A DNA stretch of 64,000 nt, from positions 1 through 64,000 of IMG/VR virus record IMGVR_UViG_3300032319_001025; one strand, written 5' to 3'. A model generated the notes under the pieces. The model saw only the letters and a list, made by a program, of their open reading frames with translations. It was not told the DNA's origin and did no database searches. Of this stretch, positions 31,137 to 40,353 are shown one piece after another. The stretch's first letter is position 1. The number at the start of each line of letters is the position of its first letter. The translations under genes and the position numbers were made by a program. This stretch comes from a virus (lineage: Duplodnaviria; Caudoviricetes).

Positions 31137-31991
31137 ATGCGTTTTAAACTTGAACATGACCTAACCGACCTAGCTTCAAAAGTATCATCAGATATAGATA
31201 GATTAAAAGCACGTGCTGATGAAGAATCTAAAACTATTGCCGCTCAAGTAAGAGCTTTTATTATAGGTAAAGCTTTAAATGAATTAAATTCATTTCAGCA
31301 ACAGGCTTATCTTGGAAAAGATCATGAAAACGTTAAAATGAGTAGACTTGGCGACGGAATCTATTTAATAGAGCTAGACAATAAAGCTCTCGAGATAGAA
31401 AACGGCTCACCTAAAAAGTTCATGCGCTGGCTTATTGATAAGAATCCCAAAGCTAAAACTGCTAAAGACGGCAGCAGGTATGCGCATATACCATTTTCTC
31501 AAAATGGACCTGGCAAAAAAGGTGCAACTTCAAAAGTAAACGATCCAAGGGCAGCTTTTTTTGACATTGTTAATAAAACATTAAAAGATCAAAACATTGA
31601 TTTAAAAAAAATAGAAACAAATTCTGATGGTACACCCAAACTAGGTGTTTTGCATAAAGTTGATATGTCAAGCTTTATAGCAGGTGACAAAAATAGGTCT
31701 AATTTTTCTATGCCAAGAAGTCAAGAAATGGCCGCTAAGATTGGATTGCAGCCCCACACTGGAATACATAAGCTCCAAGGATTAGTTGTTACGCAAAGAA
31801 TGGGCAAAGACGGTAAAGTAGTTAAAGAAGCGATGACTTTTAGGACTATTTCTACAAAGCATGAAGCTGAAGGAAGATGGTATTACCCAGAACAGAAGCC
31901 TTTAAACGCATTTCCAGCAGCCTATGATTTTGCCAAAACTCTAATGGATGAGGCAATTAGGCGGTTAAATCAAGAATTTGGCGGTAGATAA
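31137..31991 (+). CDS. Putative neck/tail-completion protein
   Basis: KTAKDGSRYAHIPF and MTFRTIS...WYYP motifs; position fits. Confidence 0.55.
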   Translation: MRFKLEHDLTDLASKVSSDIDRLKARADEESKTIAAQVRAFIIGKALNELNSFQQQAYLGKDHENVKMSRLGDGIYLIELDNKALEIENGSPKKFMRWLIDKNPKAKTAKDGSRYAHIPFSQNGPGKKGATSKVNDPRAAFFDIVNKTLKDQNIDLKKIETNSDGTPKLGVLHKVDMSSFIAGDKNRSNFSMPRSQEMAAKIGLQPHTGIHKLQGLVVTQRMGKDGKVVKEAMTFRTISTKHEAEGRWYYPEQKPLNAFPAAYDFAKTLMDEAIRRLNQEFGGR

Positions 31992-31995
31992 TTAG

Positions 31996-32005
31996 TCTTA
32001 ATCTA
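31996..32005 (+). promoter_or_regulatory. Putative late promoter TCTTAATCTA
   Basis: Six nt upstream of ATG 32012. Confidence 0.6.
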
Positions 32006-32011
32006 TTAGGT

Positions 32012-32974
32012 ATGGCCATTATACCTACAGACATACTCGTTAAAACAGCACTAGAAGCTGGTTTAAATGACCTTAGAAAGAATAATTTCATTTTAGATGA
32101 CGTAATAGCTGGACTAGCTACAGATACGCTGTCTAAAACCGAATACGGCTACAAAGAGATTCATGCCTATAAGCAATGGTTTTTAAACAATAAAATACCA
32201 GTTTATTTAGATTTTAGGGTAGATTCGCCCGAAATGCCATGTATTACAATAACAAGCTCACCCAGAGCTGAATTAATACCTAGAACTTCATTAGGTGATA
32301 CTTTAGGCGGTCCAGAAGACATAAGCACTGAAAAAGTCTCAATAAATCCTATCAAAGTGTATGAAAATTTTACACCGTTTGAATATGATAAAACTACTGG
32401 TAAGGTTACTTTTCCAAGTGGCATAACTACAGAATATGCAGTAGTAGGTCAATTTTTAGTTTCATCTAGAACTGGAAAAGCTTATCAAATACTTGAAATT
32501 ATTGATAATTCTACTTTTAAAATTAAAGCAAACGTGAACGAAGATTTTACTGATGCTTATGTAGTTCCGCCAGTATCTGTATGGAATTTACAAAGAGAAG
32601 TAACATTTGTATCTGAAACTGTTTATATTGGAGTTCATACTCAGTCAGATCCTGTACAAAATCAATGGCTTCACGATACTATTTGGTATATACTTTTAAG
32701 ATGTAAAGAAGTTTATTTTGAAGGAAGAGGATTTGAATTAAGTACCATGCAATCAGATGCCATGTATTTAAATCCAAATTTTAAAGAAACTGATCGTATT
32801 TTTAGTAGAAACATAACTCTTTCTGGACAGATTGAAATTAATTTTATTAAATATGCAGCACCAAAATTACAAGACGTTCGTGGTGTCATTAGAATTGCAG
32901 ATGGTCCTAAAACTCCACCAGGTGTAAATCCTAAAGATTATTCACCTACCTGGAAAATGGAACAAGACGATTAA
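32012..32974 (+). CDS. Putative tail terminator/completion protein
   Basis: PCITI and IFSRNITLSG motifs; precedes the sheath in neck gene order. Confidence 0.55.
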   Translation: MAIIPTDILVKTALEAGLNDLRKNNFILDDVIAGLATDTLSKTEYGYKEIHAYKQWFLNNKIPVYLDFRVDSPEMPCITITSSPRAELIPRTSLGDTLGGPEDISTEKVSINPIKVYENFTPFEYDKTTGKVTFPSGITTEYAVVGQFLVSSRTGKAYQILEIIDNSTFKIKANVNEDFTDAYVVPPVSVWNLQREVTFVSETVYIGVHTQSDPVQNQWLHDTIWYILLRCKEVYFEGRGFELSTMQSDAMYLNPNFKETDRIFSRNITLSGQIEINFIKYAAPKLQDVRGVIRIADGPKTPPGVNPKDYSPTWKMEQDD

Positions 32975-32984
32975 TGGTTTTAAA

Positions 32985-35582
32985 ATGGACCCAAAAGATA
33001 AAAAAACACCAGTAGCTTCAGCCGTTGTTATTAGGCATAGTGAGTTTCCAGAACTTATATTGCACGGCAAAAGAAGAGACATTAATGAATGGAGTATTCC
33101 AGGTGGGCACGTACATAAACATGAATCTTTAAAAGACGCTGCAGTTAGAGAAACTAAAGAAGAAACTGGTTTGCAATTAGATCCAAACGATTTAGAACAT
33201 ATTGGCACAGAGCACTACAATACAAAAGAAGATAAACACTTAACGGTCCATCTGTTCGTATGTAAAAAACCTTACCATCATGAGAGCATGGATTTTACTG
33301 GTGATAAAGATGAAGAATTTAAAGAATTAAAATTTATTAATCCATTAGAGCACGATGACTTATATCAGCCAAATGGAGAAAATATTGTAACCACCTACCT
33401 TAAAGGCGAGCTTAAAAAACCTGAAATTAGTAAATCAGAAGAATTAGATAAAGGCGTAATGAAAAGGCTTTTTCCGTTTAATCCAAAAAAAGACGTTAAA
33501 ACTGAAGATAAATCAGATTTAAGGCTTTGGCAAACTTATGGTAATTATGGATATAGCGGAGAAACAATTGATGATATTGATGATGTAAAATATGTTAGAG
33601 AAGGTTTAAGCGAAATTAATCAAAATGCTAAAATGCGAGCACTTAATAAATTAACAGGGATTGCAAAAACCAAAATAAATCCTGAAACAAAAGAAAGAGA
33701 ATTCTTATTACACAGAGGAGTGAGTTCTTCAGAGTTTAAAGATTCTACCGATGGAAAGCATGCTTATCATCAAAATAAAACATCTTGGATGCCATTTTCT
33801 GATTTAGCTGAAAAATACAGGGATTCACATTATTCAACTAGTGGCAGGATAGATCGTAAAAAATCAAAAAAAGATAGTGGTAAAGTAATATCCGCTTGGA
33901 TTAGCGAAAAAAACATCCACCATATTCCTAAAATGTACGGAGCAATTCACACTCCTACATCCCATGGTTTTAATGAATATCAAGAAGAAAATGAAATAAT
34001 TGTAAATCCTCACAAATCAGCTTTAGCAACTTCAGAAGAAATAAGAGGAAAAAATGATATCTTGCGCAACAAATTAAAAGATAATTATTTAAAAAATATT
34101 TCAAAACAATTTCAAAAACCCCAAAAACTAGCAGCAACTGAAAAATCAGAACTTAAAAATTTAGAAATTTATCAATTTTTTCACAATATTTCCAATAACT
34201 TAATTAAAGTTGAGGTTAAAGATAAAAATAATTTGCAAGTAGCTGAAGCAAGCTTTAAAATAGAACTAGACAGCCTAATTGTGCCAGAAAGCTTACAGAT
34301 TGACCGTAAACATGATCAAGCAGGCTTGCAAAAAGAAATGTACATTTATGCTGACGAGGTTTTAACTTTAAATAAGCAGGAGTTAGAAAAGATGTCTCAG
34401 CCAGCTTTAAGATTTAAAAAACTAACAAAATTGCCAACAAGACCTGAGCAGGACGTTAAATTAATTAACCCTGAGCCACTTAAGGTGCCTTCACGTACAA
34501 AAGAAGAAAAAGATATAGAAGAACTTTCTGGCGGCCCTAGAACAATATCTAGACAATCCCTAGAAAATAAGAAAATAGCTAATAAAATTTTAATGATGCA
34601 CCCAGAGGCAAGTAAATCACCAAAAGAAAAAAGAGAATCGGAAAGAAAGGCTTTGGAAGCGCATATTGGTGGAGGCGAAGACGTTATTTCACCTGAAGGT
34701 ACATTTACAACATCTGGATATACCTCTGGTTTTGGAGATTTACCAGTAAGTCAGCCTTATGAAGTTAAAAAACCGTGGCCTACATCCGAAGGTAATGTAA
34801 CTCAAGAGCACGAAGCAACTCATCATTTATTAAACCATTTAAGATTCAAATATGGCGAAAATACAAAAAATAGAGTTGTCGATCATCTTTTAAACGTACA
34901 TTTGCATCCAAATGAAAGAGAAGCAATAGAAAAACTTATTAGATCTAAACCTTCATATAGAGATTTACCAGAAGGCGAATTTAATGAAGAGGTACTAACC
35001 CATCTTAGAGATTTATTAGTAAGTAAAAGAAAAAGAGAAGATCATAACTCATTAAAAATGCAACAGCCTAAATATTGGCAACCTATTGATTATAAAAGGC
35101 TTAAATCATCATGGAAACAGTTAACAGGTCATGCCAAAAGAATGACGGAAAAAGACCTAAATAAGCTTATGGGCAAAAATGAAGGCCAAATTGATTTTGA
35201 AAAGCTTTTTAAGGCTAAAAAACTTAAAACCAAGCAATTTAAGCGTTTTTATCTGGATAGAAAAAAAGATCATAGCGGCAACACTGGAAGTGGAATAGTT
35301 GCAGTAGGGGTACAGTTTCCTGGCGGTAAATGTATAGTCAATTGGATGACCGATACACCATCATTTAATTTTTATGATTCTTTGGATGATATTAAAGAAG
35401 TTCACGGGCATGATGGAGATACAGAGATTAACTTCATGGATGATTTTAACAAAACTGAAGAAATGAAAAAGTTTGAAGATATTCATGAGAAATTAGCTTC
35501 TCGGTCTAAATATCTTAGAAAAGATCCTTTGCATAAGTTGCCGTTTTTATTTTTAAATAAAAGATTCATGGGAAAAGATTAG
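32985..35582 (+). CDS. Polyvalent protein: Nudix, ART-like, degenerate GNAT, HExxH peptidase and small C-terminal domain
   Basis: Nudix box GGHVHKHESLKDAAVRETKEETGL; LHRGVS/TSW/ENEIIV; HEATH at 34809; DHSGNTGSG...HGHDGDT. Confidence 0.8.
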   Translation: MDPKDKKTPVASAVVIRHSEFPELILHGKRRDINEWSIPGGHVHKHESLKDAAVRETKEETGLQLDPNDLEHIGTEHYNTKEDKHLTVHLFVCKKPYHHESMDFTGDKDEEFKELKFINPLEHDDLYQPNGENIVTTYLKGELKKPEISKSEELDKGVMKRLFPFNPKKDVKTEDKSDLRLWQTYGNYGYSGETIDDIDDVKYVREGLSEINQNAKMRALNKLTGIAKTKINPETKEREFLLHRGVSSSEFKDSTDGKHAYHQNKTSWMPFSDLAEKYRDSHYSTSGRIDRKKSKKDSGKVISAWISEKNIHHIPKMYGAIHTPTSHGFNEYQEENEIIVNPHKSALATSEEIRGKNDILRNKLKDNYLKNISKQFQKPQKLAATEKSELKNLEIYQFFHNISNNLIKVEVKDKNNLQVAEASFKIELDSLIVPESLQIDRKHDQAGLQKEMYIYADEVLTLNKQELEKMSQPALRFKKLTKLPTRPEQDVKLINPEPLKVPSRTKEEKDIEELSGGPRTISRQSLENKKIANKILMMHPEASKSPKEKRESERKALEAHIGGGEDVISPEGTFTTSGYTSGFGDLPVSQPYEVKKPWPTSEGNVTQEHEATHHLLNHLRFKYGENTKNRVVDHLLNVHLHPNEREAIEKLIRSKPSYRDLPEGEFNEEVLTHLRDLLVSKRKREDHNSLKMQQPKYWQPIDYKRLKSSWKQLTGHAKRMTEKDLNKLMGKNEGQIDFEKLFKAKKLKTKQFKRFYLDRKKDHSGNTGSGIVAVGVQFPGGKCIVNWMTDTPSFNFYDSLDDIKEVHGHDGDTEINFMDDFNKTEEMKKFEDIHEKLASRSKYLRKDPLHKLPFLFLNKRFMGKD

Positions 35583-35590
35583 GTTTTTTT

Positions 35591-38500
35591 ATGCCAAAAA
35601 TTTTACATGGAATTTTTAGCAAGCTGGATAAATACTCCAATGACGTACAAACAAAAGCGGAAAAGTATATAAAATCTCCAGAGTTCAATGAAAAAACCTA
35701 TTTAAACCTTCTATCTGGAAAATATAACGATGATATTGCTAGAATTATAGAGGTTTTACCAAGCGTCAAAAAAAGTAAATACAACACAAAAAGCAATAAC
35801 GATAAAATAATTTCAAATGTTTTAAATTTTAAACAGAAGGATGATGCCGATTTTTTTTGGAAAGCTGGATATATTGAATATTTTTTACGGCACTTAAAAC
35901 ATTCTACAGAATCTGTAAATAAAATTATTAACTTCGTTAAGAATAAAAAAAAAATACCAACAGAGGAAAAAACCAATTTACTCCGATCCCTAAACAAAAG
36001 TTCTGAAATTAAAAAAACAAATATTAAAGATATAATAGATACCGTACCTAATGACCCAACTGGTGCATCTGTTATAAATTTATTTATAAATCACCCATCC
36101 GTAGATTCTAAAATTTTTAACGAAGTATTAAAAAAGTTTGATTTTAACAGTAATCGACTTCCAGGTGGAGTTTTAACTTCTAAATTCTTAACTTCTGAAG
36201 CTGCATTAAAAATTTTAAATGATACTGATACTATAGGTGATTCGAATGAATTAGATAAACTTTTGAGCAAATTACCTAAAAGTGCCAGAAACGATTATAT
36301 ACATTCAAAACTTGGGATTACTGGAGGTTCTAAATCTCCATCGCCAGAGGAATATGAAACTGATTGGTTTCATGGCCCAGAAAGAGATGAAATTACCGCC
36401 AGAACAATTTCTGAATCAAAATACTTAACTCCAGAAGCTATTAATCATATTAAAAAACACGGCGGTTTTGGTGAAAAATATGGATTATTTAGTAATGAAC
36501 ATGTAGATCCAAAACATGCAGCAGAAATGGCAGCAAAATGGGCCAATGATGAAGATGGTTACGAAGAATCTGATTTTAAAGAAAGACTTAAAGAAGATAA
36601 TCAAGATAACGTTTGGGATAATTATTCTGATGATGCAAGAGAAAAAGTTCAAGAAGAATACCCAATTTCTAAATACTTAAGAGATATCGGCGACGATGAA
36701 GTTTCCAGAACTCTTTTTGATAAAGATCATGATGAATGGAAAAAAGATTGGATCAAAGAAAACAAAGATTTGACAGGCCCAAATCCTGATTTTAATCCAG
36801 AAGAACCAGAAAGCGAAGATAATCCAAAAAATATTACATTTAATGAAGATGAATATGATATTAAATATCCAGTAGAAGATCATCCGAATTATAGTGATTA
36901 CGATTCGGAAGCAGAGGAAGCTTTTGAAAACGCAAAAAATCATGCGGATCTTGAACCGTTTTACGATGGTTATGATGAATCAATAAACGAAAACGTTAGC
37001 GATGCTGTTTCTGATTTATTTGATGACGAATTAGATAATTGGACTGAGCACGATCATTTTTTACCAGAACACGTTAGAGATAAATTAAAAGATCCGTTAA
37101 AAGGTAAAGAAAATCCTACAGAAAAAGATCTTGAAGAAGCTATTTATCATCCGTTAAAAATAGTTAGGGACCATGCCGCTAAACACGAAAAATTATCACC
37201 TAGACTTATCAATAAAGTTTTAGAAGAAGGTGACAAAAAAGCAAAAATGTCCGTATTAGAGAATCCTAATATCACATCGCAGCAGTTAATGAATGTAATC
37301 AAAAAAGATGATGATAAGGAAACCGTATCAAAAGCACTTCGGAATTTTAAAATAACCCCAGAGCATGTTCAAGAAGCTATCAATAGGCACAATGAAAATA
37401 GCGAAATAATGAATGCAGCTTTTAAATCCCATGCCGCAAATGATGAACACGTAAAAAACTATTTAAATATAGCTAAAAGTTCTAAAACACCTTACTATAA
37501 TGATCTAAGCCCAATTGTTAATTCTAAATTCAATTTGTCCCCAGAAGATGTTAACTTTATTTATAATAAATTTAATGAGCAGGGCAGGTATAATGATCTG
37601 TCTAAGCTGGTTTCGCATCATAATTCAACAAAAGATATTATCGAACAATCATTAAAACATCATGACTATAAAGTAAAAGAATCAGCAAAAAAAATGATGG
37701 ACAGGAAGTTCCCACAATCCGCAGATCCTGTAAATGTAAAAATGGGAACTCATCCTTTAAGGGTATTGAGAGATATAGTGTCTGAACAAGGTGGTACTAC
37801 CACAAAAGGCAAATTAAAAAATTTAGGCATAAATCCAGATAAATTTAATACACTGTTTAAGCCTAATGGCACAATTTCATCAGACGATATACAAAAAGTA
37901 ATTGATTCTGCTCCGAGTAAAAATTATAATACTTCTCATGATAAATGGACTGGAGCGCAAAGGCACTCAGCAGACCCATCTGATGTGTTTCAGCTTAATT
38001 ACACTCAAGAACATTTAAATGAAATGCAAAAAGAAGGTGTTCTAGACACTTTCCAAAAAATACATGAAGTTGCAATGAGATCTGGGCATCCAGTAAAAAA
38101 TAATACTATTGGATGGGTAAGATATACAGGAAGTCCAGAAGAAGGATTTCATATTGACGAAATTCAATCAGATTTAGGTAAGTCTATTATTAATCAAACT
38201 ATCCAACAGGCTAAAAACGCTGTACAAAACAACCAAATGACCACAGAACAAGCTGAAACAGCCGTAGAAAATGCTAAAAATAAATTTCCAGAAGACCATT
38301 TAAAGAAAATAAATAAGATACTCTTTGAAGATAAACATCCAAGTGAGATAATACACGAAGCTTTTAAAGAATATATGAGAGGTAAAGGTTTTGAAAAAAC
38401 CCCAATACATATATGGCAGCCAGAATCTAAAGCCCCAATATCAGGCATGCGTCAATCTACTAAAATATCCGCAAGTGATGCTAAAACTGCTTTAAACTCT

Positions 38501-39292
38501 GCTAAAAAAGATAGAATGGATGATGAAGCGAAAGCTTTAATTTCTTGGGGGCAAAAAAACAAATTAGCCCCAGCATCTTTTAAAGATATTACGCATGAGC
38601 ATTTAGATCAAATTGCTGAAAAATATTCAGATTTTGCAAATGCACACAGAGAGCAGCATAATTCTGATCCAGAATTACCAGTTCAGTTGCCCGTACACAT
38701 GATTGAAGGTTATGGTAAAATTCCTAAAGCTATGGGTTATAAAGAATCTTTTTATGGTAAGCTGCCTACTCAAAGTAATGAGGAATATAAAATTAAACCA
38801 GAAATAAATCAATCTGCAGCCCCGACATACGAAGATGTAATTAGAAAGAACGAAGGACAACCAACTATTTTACATCATTATAGTAGACACCAAGATCTAA
38901 AAGAACTAGACCCTAAAAAAGAGGGTATGGGTGTTAGAGGAGATCATACAAAAAGATTTTTACCATATCAAATAAAAAACTTTCCACATGTAACATTTTA
39001 TTACATAAATGATACTCCAGAGCAAATAGTTAAAGATGCAGCTAAGTCAAAATACACCGTAAAACTAGAGCCACATCAAAAACTATATAACTTGCATACA
39101 GATCCTGAAGGTTTAGGAAGGCAGGCGATTGCAGAAAACCAAGGTGCATGGAATTATGAAAAAATCTTTAATAAAATTAAAAATGCTGGATACCATGGTA
39201 TAACTGCAATAGGCTCTGAACATCCAATTATTGGAAATACCGTAATGCTATTTCATCCTCAAGCGATACATGAGGAGAAAAAATTAGTATGA
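35591..39292 (+). CDS. Large polyvalent protein: helical repeats, acidic region, DEIQSD domain and C-terminal ART-like domain
   Basis: IGWVRY...HIDEIQSDL; after the linker IRKNE comes LHHYS..LDP..G.G..TFYY..PE..AGYHGI. Confidence 0.65.
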   Translation: MPKILHGIFSKLDKYSNDVQTKAEKYIKSPEFNEKTYLNLLSGKYNDDIARIIEVLPSVKKSKYNTKSNNDKIISNVLNFKQKDDADFFWKAGYIEYFLRHLKHSTESVNKIINFVKNKKKIPTEEKTNLLRSLNKSSEIKKTNIKDIIDTVPNDPTGASVINLFINHPSVDSKIFNEVLKKFDFNSNRLPGGVLTSKFLTSEAALKILNDTDTIGDSNELDKLLSKLPKSARNDYIHSKLGITGGSKSPSPEEYETDWFHGPERDEITARTISESKYLTPEAINHIKKHGGFGEKYGLFSNEHVDPKHAAEMAAKWANDEDGYEESDFKERLKEDNQDNVWDNYSDDAREKVQEEYPISKYLRDIGDDEVSRTLFDKDHDEWKKDWIKENKDLTGPNPDFNPEEPESEDNPKNITFNEDEYDIKYPVEDHPNYSDYDSEAEEAFENAKNHADLEPFYDGYDESINENVSDAVSDLFDDELDNWTEHDHFLPEHVRDKLKDPLKGKENPTEKDLEEAIYHPLKIVRDHAAKHEKLSPRLINKVLEEGDKKAKMSVLENPNITSQQLMNVIKKDDDKETVSKALRNFKITPEHVQEAINRHNENSEIMNAAFKSHAANDEHVKNYLNIAKSSKTPYYNDLSPIVNSKFNLSPEDVNFIYNKFNEQGRYNDLSKLVSHHNSTKDIIEQSLKHHDYKVKESAKKMMDRKFPQSADPVNVKMGTHPLRVLRDIVSEQGGTTTKGKLKNLGINPDKFNTLFKPNGTISSDDIQKVIDSAPSKNYNTSHDKWTGAQRHSADPSDVFQLNYTQEHLNEMQKEGVLDTFQKIHEVAMRSGHPVKNNTIGWVRYTGSPEEGFHIDEIQSDLGKSIINQTIQQAKNAVQNNQMTTEQAETAVENAKNKFPEDHLKKINKILFEDKHPSEIIHEAFKEYMRGKGFEKTPIHIWQPESKAPISGMRQSTKISASDAKTALNSAKKDRMDDEAKALISWGQKNKLAPASFKDITHEHLDQIAEKYSDFANAHREQHNSDPELPVQLPVHMIEGYGKIPKAMGYKESFYGKLPTQSNEEYKIKPEINQSAAPTYEDVIRKNEGQPTILHHYSRHQDLKELDPKKEGMGVRGDHTKRFLPYQIKNFPHVTFYYINDTPEQIVKDAAKSKYTVKLEPHQKLYNLHTDPEGLGRQAIAENQGAWNYEKIFNKIKNAGYHGITAIGSEHPIIGNTVMLFHPQAIHEEKKLV

Positions 39293-40353
39293 AAAATTTG
39301 ATTAAACAGCCGCATTTGATTTTTTCAATGGAAAATCCTAGATATCAGGTAACCCAAAAAGATATAAATCATGGACAAGCTTTAAATATGCTTAAAGATT
39401 TAGGCGAGAATACTATTGATTCTAATGGAAAATATGGATCGGAAGAGCCATCAATTATAGTTTCTAACCCTAAAAACGTTAAAGATATAATCAAGCTTGC
39501 TAGAGATGCTGGACAAGAATCTATTATTTACTCAGATGGAAAAAGACATAAAATGATATATTTAAACGGTCCCCAAGCTGGACAAACGGTTAATGGGGAA
39601 GGTACGGTTTTCTACAATCAGAAACCAAATGATAACTACACACATTTTAAAGATCAAAACGGTAAAGATATTTATTTTACTCATAATTTTGATTTTGGTA
39701 AATCAGAGAAATTGCAAAAAACTTCTAAAATTAATTTGAATCCAGAACATGGGAAAATTATCGCAAATGCATACGAAAAAATGAAACATGATCCAAATGA
39801 TCCTAAAGTTAAAGAGGCGTATGGTGCGCTAATTAATGAAACAAAAAAACAATTTAAAGATATGTTAAATTCTGGGTTTAAATTTTCTAAAATTAAACCC
39901 GAACAGTCCAATCCATATGGCACATCAAAAGATGTACATGAAGATATAGAAAAAAATAAACATTTATGGTTTTTTCCAACAGAACAGGGATTTGGTCAAG
40001 AGGGACAAACTAAAAATCATCCAATGCTAGAATCAACTGAATTTCAATTTGAAGGTAAACCTTTATTAGCTAATGATCTGTTTAGAATAGTTCACGATTA
40101 TCGCGGTCATTATTTAGGAGGTAAAAGCTCGTTCGGACCTAAAGGAGAGCATCAAGCTTATCTTACACATAAAAAAGATTTTAGCCCTTTAGCTCAAAAA
40201 GCTTTGGCTACAGAAACTATGGGTCAAAATAATTGGGTAAATTTTGGACCATATGGAGAAAAAAACAGAAAAAACCCCGAAAACACTACATACGCAGAAC
40301 AAAAATCGGGGCTTCTTCCTGACGAAATAATAAATGGGAGATGGCACGAATGA
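39289..40353 (+). CDS. Two-domain protein: SAM-lyase/DUF3293-like plus putative metal-binding domain
   Basis: GKYGSEEPS...AGQESII; linker FGKSEKLQKT; NDLFRIVHDYRGH..GE..H..ETMGQN. Confidence 0.55.
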   Translation: MKNLIKQPHLIFSMENPRYQVTQKDINHGQALNMLKDLGENTIDSNGKYGSEEPSIIVSNPKNVKDIIKLARDAGQESIIYSDGKRHKMIYLNGPQAGQTVNGEGTVFYNQKPNDNYTHFKDQNGKDIYFTHNFDFGKSEKLQKTSKINLNPEHGKIIANAYEKMKHDPNDPKVKEAYGALINETKKQFKDMLNSGFKFSKIKPEQSNPYGTSKDVHEDIEKNKHLWFFPTEQGFGQEGQTKNHPMLESTEFQFEGKPLLANDLFRIVHDYRGHYLGGKSSFGPKGEHQAYLTHKKDFSPLAQKALATETMGQNNWVNFGPYGEKNRKNPENTTYAEQKSGLLPDEIINGRWHE

